The notes beneath the pieces are model-generated. The model saw only the letters and a list, made by a program, of their open reading frames with translations. It was not told the DNA's origin and searched no databases. The translations under genes and the position numbers were made by a program. This document shows, piece after piece, positions 56,126 through 64,000 of a stretch of 64,000 bases of DNA (the first letter of the stretch is position 1; each line of letters begins with the position of its first letter). Source of the DNA: Terriglobia bacterium (GTDB taxonomy: Bacteria > Acidobacteriota > Terriglobia > JAJPHL01 > JAPKYU01); the NCBI GenBank assembly GCA_965206645.1, contig CBDBKE010000004.1:1312001-1376000 (forward strand), written 5' to 3'.

Positions 56126-56833
56126 GTGCTTATGTGGGATCACATCAATCAGATCCTGAACCAATCCTTAAGCCGAATGACGAGCGGGATCGCGAACTTC
56201 CTGCCCGGTCTGCTGGCGCTGCTGGCCGTGTTGCTACTCTCCCTGTTGCTGGCGTTGCTGGTTCGCATGTTGTTGCGCCGGTCCCTGCGAGGCATTAACT
56301 TCGACAGTCGGCTGGATCAGTGGGGTTTTTCCTGGGTGGCTAGCTGGACCCCTTCCCGAAGCCCGACCCAGCTGATCGCCCGGCTCTCCTTCTGGACCAT
56401 CGTGTTTCTCGGGGCCATGGCCGGCGCCAGCGCCCTGGACGCCGGTTTGCCCTCGCAACTGGCCTGCCGGCTGTTCGCCTACTTGCCCAACGTGTTGGCG
56501 GCGATGTTAGTGCTGGGGGTCGGCACGTTTCTGGCGCGCTACCTGGCGCGGGGCGTGTTGATCAGCGCGGTGAACATGCAGATCCACTCGGCGCGCCTGT
56601 TGGGCCTGGGGGTCAAGTGGCTGATCCTGCTACTGGCCGGCGCCATGGCCATGGAGCACCTGGGAATCGGCGGGCAGATCGTTCGGCTGTCGTTCGGCAT
56701 CCTGTTTGGGGGCATCGTGCTGGCGCTCGCTTTGGCCGTGGGCTTGGGCTCCAAAGACATAGTCAGCCGCACGTTGGAACGGCAGGCCAGCCGGAGCGGA
56801 GAACAGACCGAGGAACACTTTCATCATCTTTAG
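56126..56833 (+). CDS. CmpX/TM_helix membrane protein (related to the MscS TM region)
   Basis: Repeated FLPGLLA/YLPNVLAA helices, LALALAVGLGSKD; SD AAGGAGG. Confidence 0.7.
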   Translation: MLMWDHINQILNQSLSRMTSGIANFLPGLLALLAVLLLSLLLALLVRMLLRRSLRGINFDSRLDQWGFSWVASWTPSRSPTQLIARLSFWTIVFLGAMAGASALDAGLPSQLACRLFAYLPNVLAAMLVLGVGTFLARYLARGVLISAVNMQIHSARLLGLGVKWLILLLAGAMAMEHLGIGGQIVRLSFGILFGGIVLALALAVGLGSKDIVSRTLERQASRSGEQTEEHFHHL

Positions 56834-56864
56834 TCCCGCTGGCTCTAGTCCCGTTGGAGGCCAG

Positions 56865-57599
56865 CTAAGGAGTCCTGGCCTCTTTCATCTTGAGCTCCCT
56901 CTGAAAGTCCCACTCCATTTGGGAGATGACCTGCTCCACCGGGCCGTCACAAACAATTCTGCCCTGCTCAAAGAACAACGCGCGCGTGCACAGCAGGCGG
57001 GCCAGTTCCAGATCGTGGGTCACGATCACCTTGGTTTGCTTCAGCGGATGAAGTAAAGCGATCAGGGAGGCCCGGCCCGGCGGATCGAGCCAGGTGGTGG
57101 GTTCGTCCAGGACCAGAACCTCCGGCTTCATAGCCAGCACGCCAGCCAGCGCGGCCCGGCGTTTCTCGCCGGCGCTCAAGTGATAGGGCGCGCGGTTCTC
57201 CAATCCCCTCAGCCCCACCAGCTCCAGAGCGCTGGCTACCACCTGGTCCACTTCTTCGGCCGGCAATCCCAGATTGGAAGGGCCAAAAGCCACATCCTCG
57301 CGCACGGTGGGCATGAACAACTGGTCGTCGGGCTCCTGGAAGACCAGCCCTACTTTTTGCCGGACTTTCCTCAAGTTTCGCTTCACCACCTGGCATCCAC
57401 CGATCCGGACCTCTCCGCTGCCGCTGAGCAAGCCGTTCAAATGGAGAACAAAGGTGGTCTTGCCGGAGCCGTTGGGTCCCAACAGGACCACTGCTTCCCC
57501 TGCCGAGATTTTCAAATTGATCCCGGCCAGAGCACGAGTGCCGTCCGGATATGTAAACCGCAGATCGTCGACTTCAATGACCGGCTCTACCAGACTCAT
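56865..57599 (-). CDS. nikO: Ni/Co ECF transporter ATPase (NikO/CbiO)
   Basis: GPNGSGKTT, VFQEPDDQLF, LSAGEKRR, LDEPT. Confidence 0.88.
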   Translation of the reverse strand: MSLVEPVIEVDDLRFTYPDGTRALAGINLKISAGEAVVLLGPNGSGKTTFVLHLNGLLSGSGEVRIGGCQVVKRNLRKVRQKVGLVFQEPDDQLFMPTVREDVAFGPSNLGLPAEEVDQVVASALELVGLRGLENRAPYHLSAGEKRRAALAGVLAMKPEVLVLDEPTTWLDPPGRASLIALLHPLKQTKVIVTHDLELARLLCTRALFFEQGRIVCDGPVEQVISQMEWDFQRELKMKEARTP

Positions 57600-57615
57600 A
57601 ACGGCTCTGCCAGCT

Positions 57616-58371
57616 TCATAGTGGATGTTGCAGGGCCAACTGGACCGCGGTCAGATAAGCCGCGGTAACGCCGAGAAATAGGAAATCACGCGCCTGCCAC
57701 TGAAACCGGTGCCGGGTGGGCAACACGCCGGCAAATCCACGGGCCAGCATGGCGCGGTGGATACGTTCCGCCCGGGCGTAGCTGCGCACAAACAGCACCG
57801 CGATTGCCGCAGCCACGGCCTGCCACCGCAGCGGCCAGCCTCGGCCAGCACCGCGGCTGCGGTGGGCATACCTCATATGCTGGGCCTCTTCGGACAAGAC
57901 GAAAAGGTACCGGTAGAGGAAGTGTACGATCATCAAGAACGCGCTTGGCACCCGGAACCGTTCCAGCGCGTGAAGCAGGTCCGACAGTCGCGTGGTAGCC
58001 GCCAGCAGCAATACGGCCAGCGCTGACAGGTAGGATTTGCCGACGATGGCGGCGGCCGCCGACACTGTGGACATGCGGCCGGAAAACTCAGCGGCCCAGA
58101 CCCACTTCCCCAACAAGGCGGCGCCCACCGCCATCAGGGAAAAGGGCAGGACCAAGCCGGCGTGCCTCAGGCAGTATCCCAGGGGCACGCGGCTGAACAG
58201 GATCATCGCCACCAGAAACGCCGCCGCAGCCGGAAGCTTCAGCGCCAGCCCGTGGGAAGAAAGAACCAGGAAGAGCACCAACCCCAGCACCGCCAGAATC
58301 TTGCTGCGCGGATCGAGCCGATGCAGCGGACTCTCAAGTTCATTCCAGCGGTCGAGCTGAACCAGGTGCAA
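57616..58371 (-). CDS. nikQ: Ni/Co ECF transporter T component (NikQ/CbiQ)
   Basis: SPLHRLDPRSK, YRYLFVL, RSYARAERIHRAMLARG. Confidence 0.88.
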   Translation of the reverse strand: MHLVQLDRWNELESPLHRLDPRSKILAVLGLVLFLVLSSHGLALKLPAAAAFLVAMILFSRVPLGYCLRHAGLVLPFSLMAVGAALLGKWVWAAEFSGRMSTVSAAAAIVGKSYLSALAVLLLAATTRLSDLLHALERFRVPSAFLMIVHFLYRYLFVLSEEAQHMRYAHRSRGAGRGWPLRWQAVAAAIAVLFVRSYARAERIHRAMLARGFAGVLPTRHRFQWQARDFLFLGVTAAYLTAVQLALQHPL

Positions 58372-58687
58372 CGGAGCCCCTTCTTCGCGAGGAATACTTT
58401 CCGATGGCTAGCGCCACCAGAAAGCAAGCGGCCGCCCCGACTACAGCTGCGGCCATCTTCCGGCCGGCGGCAGATTGCAGGAGTGGAAACTCGTAATCCG
58501 CCAGAGGGCTGGTCAGCGACGGCTCAGCGCGGCCGGCAAAACCCAGCCGGAGAGCAACCCACTCGAAACCATCCGGCGACCCATCCGGGGAAGAGGAGAC
58601 AACATAAGTAGCTGCAACGCACAACAATAAGGTGGCGGCGGCGAACAACAGGGCTACCGCGCGGAAGCTCCACCGCCTGCCTCTCAT
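58340..58687 (-). CDS. nikN: PDGLE-domain auxiliary component (NikN-like)
   Basis: ATGA overlap with the M-component stop; SSSPDG(SPDG)FE, PLADY, two TM helices. Confidence 0.75.
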   Translation of the reverse strand: MRGRRWSFRAVALLFAAATLLLCVAATYVVSSSPDGSPDGFEWVALRLGFAGRAEPSLTSPLADYEFPLLQSAAGRKMAAAVVGAAACFLVALAIGKYSSRRRGSVAPGSARPLE

Positions 58688-59319
58688 GCCGATTCCGCAG
58701 GGCGATGGAGCAGGCCGGGGTTCAGCTTTTCGATCATGCGTACCGTAGCCAGCGTCAGGCCTCCTTCCGCAAGCCCGCCAATGGCGTACATTCCCACCAG
58801 AGAAGCAAGCAGCAACGGTGCGGGAGCCAACTCCGACCAGGCCAGTTCCAGGGCGACCGCTGCAGCGCCGCCGACCATCGCCAGCCACCCTCCGAGAAAG
58901 ATGGCGGCCGACCGGGACCTGCCTCCGGCTTTCAGGGAAAGCCAGTACGGCAGATAGCCGAGAAACACACCCAGCACGCCTAGATTCCAGAAATTGGCGC
59001 CCAACGCCGTCAGGCCGCCGTCTTGAAACAATAGCGCCTGCACCAGCAGGATCGCACCCATCACCAAAGCCGCAGTATAGGGGCCAAACAGGATGGCCAG
59101 CAGGGCTGCGCCGGTCAGGTGCCCGGAGGTTCCCGGGGCCACCGGGAACTGGATCATCTGGGCGGCGAAGATAAACGCGCCCATGGTTCCCAACAGCGGC
59201 ACCTGCGACTCTTCGGTCTGTGCGCGGCTCCGCCGAGCGCAGTAGGCCACCACGGGCACCGCCGCCAGATCCAGCGGCAACCAGATGCCCGTGGAGAGAA
59301 AGCCGTCGGGAATGTGCAT
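58684..59319 (-). CDS. nikM: Ni/Co ECF transporter S component (NikM/CbiM)
   Basis: MHIPDGFL metal-binding N-terminus, GTSGH, QALLFQDGG. Confidence 0.92.
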   Translation of the reverse strand: MHIPDGFLSTGIWLPLDLAAVPVVAYCARRSRAQTEESQVPLLGTMGAFIFAAQMIQFPVAPGTSGHLTGAALLAILFGPYTAALVMGAILLVQALLFQDGGLTALGANFWNLGVLGVFLGYLPYWLSLKAGGRSRSAAIFLGGWLAMVGGAAAVALELAWSELAPAPLLLASLVGMYAIGGLAEGGLTLATVRMIEKLNPGLLHRPAESA

Positions 59320-59330
59320 CGGCGAGAAAT

Positions 59331-59357
59331 GTAGCACGATTTGTGAATTCGTGCCAC
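59331..59357. promoter_or_regulatory. Candidate NikR operator
   Basis: GTAGCACGA-tttgtgaat-TCGTGCCAC near-perfect inverted repeat between divergent nikM and nikR. Confidence 0.6.
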
Positions 59358-59421
59358 TAGTGCTAATATCCCCCGCGGACGGAGGTAAGCCATTCCCAAG
59401 ACCCGATTAAGCCGGATCGGC

Positions 59422-59817
59422 GTGGCCATTGACCGGGAGCTGCTGCGGCGCTTTGACCGTCATATCACCGGGCGGGGCTACACCAATCGCTCCGAGGCGT
59501 TCCGCGACCTGATTCGGGGCGAAATGGTCGAGAGCGCTTGGGAATCCAGCCAGCGGGAGGTCGTCGGCACCGTCACGCTCGTTTACGACCACCACGTGCA
59601 CCTGCTGAATGAGAAACTGGTGGATATCCAGCACGACTTCCACAAGCGCATTCTCTCCACGCTGCACGTCCATCTGGACCCGGACCACTGCCTGGAAGTC
59701 CTGGTGGTGCGGGGAAAGGCGACCGAGGTGAAGCGGGTGGCCGACGCGCTGATCAGCCTCAAGGGAGTCAAACACGGAAGGTTGACCACCAGTACCACAG
59801 GGGCCGACCTGCCCTGA
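59422..59817 (+). CDS. nikR: Nickel-responsive regulator
   Basis: RGYTNRSEAFRDLIR, LVYDHH, QH, HVHLDPDHCLEV, GVKHG. The true start may lie slightly upstream. Confidence 0.95.
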   Translation: MAIDRELLRRFDRHITGRGYTNRSEAFRDLIRGEMVESAWESSQREVVGTVTLVYDHHVHLLNEKLVDIQHDFHKRILSTLHVHLDPDHCLEVLVVRGKATEVKRVADALISLKGVKHGRLTTSTTGADLP

Positions 59818-59892
59818 GGCGACCGGTCGCCGTCATCGCTTTTGTCGCCGGGGGTGTGCCGGGCGGACGCCGCGAAAGACTTCCGGGCAGAC

Positions 59893-60066
59893 ATGGAGGC
59901 GCTGCTCCAAGGCCTGATCGTTGTCGGCATCCTGGGGTTGAGCGCCCTGGTCACTCATTGGTTCACTCGCTGGATGTACCTCACCTGCGCCGCCTGCGGC
60001 ACGTTGAATGCCCGCCGCCGCACGCTCTGCCGCCGCTGCGGCAAGCCTCTGGGCGCTCTGCAGTAA
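59893..60066 (+). CDS. Small membrane protein with a Zn ribbon
   Basis: One TM helix then CAACGTLN...CRRCGKPL. Confidence 0.6.
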   Translation: MEALLQGLIVVGILGLSALVTHWFTRWMYLTCAACGTLNARRRTLCRRCGKPLGALQ

Positions 60067-60075
60067 CGAGCGCCC

Positions 60076-60117
60076 AGGTTGATATCAAGAGGTTGATGTC
60101 AAGAGGTTGCTGTCAAG
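60076..60117. repeat. 14-bp tandem direct repeat, 3 copies
   Basis: aggttgatatcaag / aggttgatgtcaag / aggttgctgtcaag. Confidence 0.85.
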
Positions 60118-60333
60118 AGAGGCTTGAGCTAAACTATCTGCGGAAAGGTTGAACAGATTCCACTGCTATGCAGACGCTATCACGGTTGCCCCGCCGATTT
60201 GGATGCCGGCAGCAACCGTAGGCGGCGGTCCTGAATCCAAGGCCGTTTCCCGCTTGGTCCCTGTTGACTGTCTGTGAACCTGCCCGCCGGAGGCGGGGTT
60301 TCCTTTCCGCCCGGTTTCGGTTTAATCTGTAAG

Positions 60334-61293
60334 ATGATGGTGCCTGCCGCGCCGATGCACGTTCCGCGCCCGACACTCTTTGCTCTTCTGCTAGTGGTGC
60401 TGTTGCTGCTGCCCGGCTGCCTTGTGCGCAAGCTGAGGGTGGAACGGCCCGGCATTGCTTCGTCGGCGAAGCTGCAGACGGCTTCGCTCCAACAGCTTGT
60501 CGAGCAGCTGCGTGTTCGGGAGGAGCAAATCCGCACCATCAACGCCACTGTGGACCTGGAGCCTTCCATTGGCTCGGTGCTCAAGGGGGAGATCTCGGAA
60601 TTGCAGGAAGTGCGCGGCTTCGTGCTGATCCGCAAGCCGCAGATGATTCGGATGATCGGTCTGTACCCGGTGGTACGCAACCGGGCCTTCGACATGGTCT
60701 CGGACGGCGACGAGTTCAAGCTGTACGTGCCGGCCAAGGACAAGTTCATCGTCGGCAAAAACCGCATGGACAAGCCCTCAGCCCGCCCGCTGGAGAACCT
60801 GCGGCCCCAGCACATCTTCGAGGCGCTGGTGGTGCGGGCTCCCCGTGACGAGGAGCAGGTGGTGCTGGAGAATGACACCGATGAGCTGCATGCCAACTAC
60901 ATCCTGCATTTTTTGACGGAACAAAATGGGCGACTGCTGCTCACCCGCAACATCTGGTTCGACCGTGTTCATCTGCGCTTGGTCCGGCAGCAGATCTTCG
61001 ACCAGCAGGGAGACATTATCGGCGACACGCGTTATAACGACTACCAGGACTTCCAAGGCATCGCCTTCCCCAAGAGCTTTGTGATCATGCGCCCCAAGGA
61101 CGACTACGGCGTAAAGCTGAAGGTGAAGAAGCTGCAACTGAATGCGCCGCTAGGGGACGACAAATTTGTGCTGGCACAGCCACCCGGCGCCAAGCTGCAC
61201 GACCTATCGGCGCAGGACGGCAGCCCCTCGGCCAACCAGGCTGACAAGAGTAACGAGTCCCCCAAGTCCCGAGGAGGGCCCGGTGGTCAATAA
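60334..61293 (+). CDS. Lipoprotein with a LolA-like/DUF4292-like fold
   Basis: Lipobox LLPGC, FDMVSDGDEFKLYVP, IWFDR, YNDYQ...FPK, LNAPLGDDKFVL; start uncertain (60334 or 60355). Confidence 0.65.
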   Translation: MMVPAAPMHVPRPTLFALLLVVLLLLPGCLVRKLRVERPGIASSAKLQTASLQQLVEQLRVREEQIRTINATVDLEPSIGSVLKGEISELQEVRGFVLIRKPQMIRMIGLYPVVRNRAFDMVSDGDEFKLYVPAKDKFIVGKNRMDKPSARPLENLRPQHIFEALVVRAPRDEEQVVLENDTDELHANYILHFLTEQNGRLLLTRNIWFDRVHLRLVRQQIFDQQGDIIGDTRYNDYQDFQGIAFPKSFVIMRPKDDYGVKLKVKKLQLNAPLGDDKFVLAQPPGAKLHDLSAQDGSPSANQADKSNESPKSRGGPGGQ

Positions 61294-62377
61294 GATGGTG
61301 CTGTCGAACCTGAGGCACCGGCCGGTGCGCGCCGGGCTCAGCGTGATTGCAGTGGCGATCGAGGTGGTGCTGATCATCAGCGTCATCGGCCTGGTGACCG
61401 GGTTGCTCGAGGAGGCCGCCCGTCGCCAGAAGGGCATCGGCGCCGACATCATCGTGCAGCCGCCTGGTGGGTCCATCTTGCTAGGCATGAGTAGCGCGCC
61501 GATGCCCGCCAAGATTGCCGAGCGGCTGGGCCAGGAGCCCGGCGTGGCGGCCGTAGCTCCGGTGTTCCTGCAGACCTTCGGCGGTATTACCGTGGCCTAC
61601 GGGATTGACCTGGAGAGCTTCAGCGCCGTCACCGGTGGCTTCCAGCTGCTGGAAGGACGCCTCCTGGGTAGCGGCCTGGAACTGCTTGTGGACAACAAGT
61701 ACAGGGAGATGAACGATCTGCGCGTCGGTAGCACGCGCGAGCTGTTCAATCACGAGTTTGAGGTAGTCGGCATCGTTCAGCACGGCAAGGGCGCCCGCCT
61801 GTTCATGCCCCTCGCCACCATGCAGGAACTGCTGGGCTCACCGGGCCGGGCCTCCATCTTTTATGTGCGGCTGGCCGATCCAGAACAGGCGGATGCGGTG
61901 CTGGCGCGCTTCAAGAGTCTGCTTCCCAACTACACGATCCGCACCATGGAGGAGTACACTTCCTTGTTGACTGCGGGCAACCTGCCCGGGCTGAAGCCAT
62001 TCGAACGCATCATGATCGGCATTGCGGTCATCATTGGCTTCCTGGTGACTTTCCTGGCCATGTACACGACGGTGTTGGAGCGCACCCGCGAAATAGGCAT
62101 CCTGAAGGCACTGGGTGCTTCCCGGGGCTACATCACGAAGCTGATTCTGCGCGAGACGGCCATGGTGGCGGCCGTGGGCATCGTCTTGGGCATTGCCGCA
62201 AGCTTGCTGCTACGCCATGTCGTCATCACGGCCTACCCCGGCCTGAGCATTCTGATTACCTCCGACTGGTTGCTGCGCGCCTCATTGATCGCAGTCGCCG
62301 GGGCGTTGCTCGGCTCCGCCTATCCCGCGCTGCGCGCCGCTCGCCAGGATCCGGTGACCGCCCTGGCCTACGAGTGA
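61283..62377 (+). CDS. ABC permease, MacB/FtsX/LolE family
   Basis: NLRHRPVR, VLERTREIGILKALGA, YPALRAARQDPVTALAYE; SD GAGGAGG. Confidence 0.9.
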   Translation: MVNKMVLSNLRHRPVRAGLSVIAVAIEVVLIISVIGLVTGLLEEAARRQKGIGADIIVQPPGGSILLGMSSAPMPAKIAERLGQEPGVAAVAPVFLQTFGGITVAYGIDLESFSAVTGGFQLLEGRLLGSGLELLVDNKYREMNDLRVGSTRELFNHEFEVVGIVQHGKGARLFMPLATMQELLGSPGRASIFYVRLADPEQADAVLARFKSLLPNYTIRTMEEYTSLLTAGNLPGLKPFERIMIGIAVIIGFLVTFLAMYTTVLERTREIGILKALGASRGYITKLILRETAMVAAVGIVLGIAASLLLRHVVITAYPGLSILITSDWLLRASLIAVAGALLGSAYPALRAARQDPVTALAYE

Positions 62378-62379
62378 GG

Positions 62380-63060
62380 ATGGCAGCGACACATATCGTC
62401 GAAGTCGAAAACCTGAAGAAAGTCTACCGCACCGGCAGGGTGGAGGTGCCCGCCTTGCAGGGCGTGGATTTGTATGTCGAAGCTGGCGAATTCCTGGCGG
62501 TGATGGGGCCGTCCGGCTCGGGAAAATCCACCCTGTTCTACATCATCGGCGGCCTCACGCCGCCCAGCGAGGGTCGGGTGCGTCTAGCCGGAATGGATCT
62601 GGCTTCCCTGGACGACGCCGGGCGCACCCGGCTGCGCAAGAACAAAGTGGGGTTCGTCTTCCAGCGCTCCAACCTGCTGCCCACGCTGACTGCTGGCGGC
62701 AACATAGAAATTGCCCGCCACATTGCCGGCACACAGAACGGCTTCAACCCGCAGCAGTTCCAGGAGATTGTGGAGATGCTGGGCATCGAGCAGCGCCTCG
62801 ACCACAAGCCGGCCGAGCTTTCCGGAGGCGAGCAGCAGCGGGTGGCCATCGCCAGGGCGCTGGTGAACCAGCCTGCCATCCTGCTGGCTGACGAGCCCAC
62901 CGGCAACCTGGATTCCGACAATTCCCGGGCCGTCCTACAGTTGCTGCGCAGCCTGAACCAGCGCCTGGGGCAGACCATCTTAATGATCACCCACAACCCG
63001 GAAGCGGCCGCCTACGCCCACCGCATCGTCACCATGCGTGACGGCCGCATTATTAGCTAG
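62380..63060 (+). CDS. ABC ATPase, LolD/MacB family
   Basis: [32 protein letters not shown]. Confidence 0.92.
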   Translation: MAATHIVEVENLKKVYRTGRVEVPALQGVDLYVEAGEFLAVMGPSGSGKSTLFYIIGGLTPPSEGRVRLAGMDLASLDDAGRTRLRKNKVGFVFQRSNLLPTLTAGGNIEIARHIAGTQNGFNPQQFQEIVEMLGIEQRLDHKPAELSGGEQQRVAIARALVNQPAILLADEPTGNLDSDNSRAVLQLLRSLNQRLGQTILMITHNPEAAAYAHRIVTMRDGRIIS

Positions 63061-63066
63061 ATCTAC

Positions 63067-63085
63067 GGGGCTTCCCCCCAAGCTC
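63067..63085. terminator. Hairpin between convergent genes
   Basis: ggggctt-ccccc-aagctcc. Confidence 0.35.
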
Positions 63086-63096
63086 CAACCCGCAAG

Positions 63097-64000
63097 CTAG
63101 CTGATCTCCATGGTGTTCATCAGCCGGTCCAGTTGCGCTTGAAGCTGTTTAAGTTGGGTGCGCGCCGCGCGGAGCGCCTCGTGCATCGCCTCCAGTTGAT
63201 TCTCCTGCCCCCCCAGCTTGGCCGCGTAAGCTTGAACCTGTTGCTGCTGTCCCGGCACGTTCCGCAGGTTGTAGATGTTTTGCCGCAGCCGGTTCTGGTC
63301 GCTGAACAACTCGTCAATCTCTTTCTTCTGCTCGGCTGCCTCCCGCTTTGCCACTACCACCTCTTCCTTCAAGGCGAACAGTTGCTTCAGTTGTTTTTGG
63401 GCCGCCGGAGAAAGCGCCTTGTTGCGCACGTAGGTGGCCAGTAGCTCTGGCGTCAGGTTGGTGAGAGCGATGCTGCTGGAAATTTCGTGTTCCTCTTGGA
63501 CCTTAAGTTTGGCCGTTTCGCCCGCTGGCAATTCCAAGCGGAAGCGGTAATGCCGGGCCGTGGTTTCGGCCGGCTTGAGCCCCGCGGCGAGTTTCCACTC
63601 TTTGCGCACCGGGTGCTCGACGACCAACGACTTTGGCTTGCTGCCGGTGTTGCGAACCGTGTAGGTCTTTACTGCGATGTTCTTGGCCCGGGTGAAGACC
63701 GTGCCGCGCCGCACCTTCACCGAGAACACCTGGTTCTGGCGGGAGTCAAAGACGGTGCTCACGCGGGTGCCCAGATCGACGGCAAACGAAACCGGGCGGC
63801 TGTCGCCGGTCTTCAGGGTCTGGATCAGGGCCTCGCCGGCGTACTGGTTCCCTTCGATGACGGTGATCGCGCCGCCGTCCAGCGTCTTGCCGCTGGTGTT
63901 GCGCAGCAGCACAGCATCGTAGGGGTGTTCACCAGACCCGCCCGGTGTGTAGAGCAGAACGCGTTCCACGTTCACCGCTGCTTGCAAGAACGGAATCATC
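63097..64000 (-). CDS. DUF4139-like protein (partial, N-terminus beyond the right edge)
   Basis: LRNTSGKTLDGGAITV, VSFAVDLG, YTVRN, VVEHP, C-terminal coiled coil DQNRLRQNI. Confidence 0.7.
   Translation of the reverse strand, partial: MIPFLQAAVNVERVLLYTPGGSGEHPYDAVLLRNTSGKTLDGGAITVIEGNQYAGEALIQTLKTGDSRPVSFAVDLGTRVSTVFDSRQNQVFSVKVRRGTVFTRAKNIAVKTYTVRNTGSKPKSLVVEHPVRKEWKLAAGLKPAETTARHYRFRLELPAGETAKLKVQEEHEISSSIALTNLTPELLATYVRNKALSPAAQKQLKQLFALKEEVVVAKREAAEQKKEIDELFSDQNRLRQNIYNLRNVPGQQQQVQAYAAKLGGQENQLEAMHEALRAARTQLKQLQAQLDRLMNTMEIS

Overview
GC-rich bacterial chromosome segment, most consistent with Acidobacteriota (giant LptC/LptA protein, acidobacterial VWA protein, SecY insertion, rplM-rpsI-rpsB-tsf-pyrH-frr cluster). 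About 25 kb (26.6-51.6 kb, minus strand) is translation machinery: rplM-rpsI-rpsB-tsf-pyrH-frr, then the str, S10, spc and alpha clusters. Left of it lie udg-coaBC-rpoZ-gmk-yicC-msbA, suhB, an Hfq-like gene, a moaD-moaE fusion, lptC/A-lptB-rpoN-hpf-rapZ and a decaying pdp-nupC-cdd operon. Right of it lie acnA, a glucosylglycerate-synthase-like GT2, a NikR-NikMNQO unit and a LolA/E/D-like ABC unit. I saw no tRNA, rRNA, CRISPR array or transposase. Best leads: (1) a soluble ECF-sigma-like / zinc anti-sigma fusion ending in a MinD-like amphipathic tail, divergent from a Spy/CpxP gene; (2) an EF-Tu with a reciprocal Asn/Ser swap in the G4 and G5 guanine-binding motifs; (3) many 10-26 bp tandem duplications plus several lesions; (4) long structured leaders upstream of rpsL, rpsB and pdp; (5) a divergent IF-1. 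All family calls come from motif recognition by eye, with no database search.
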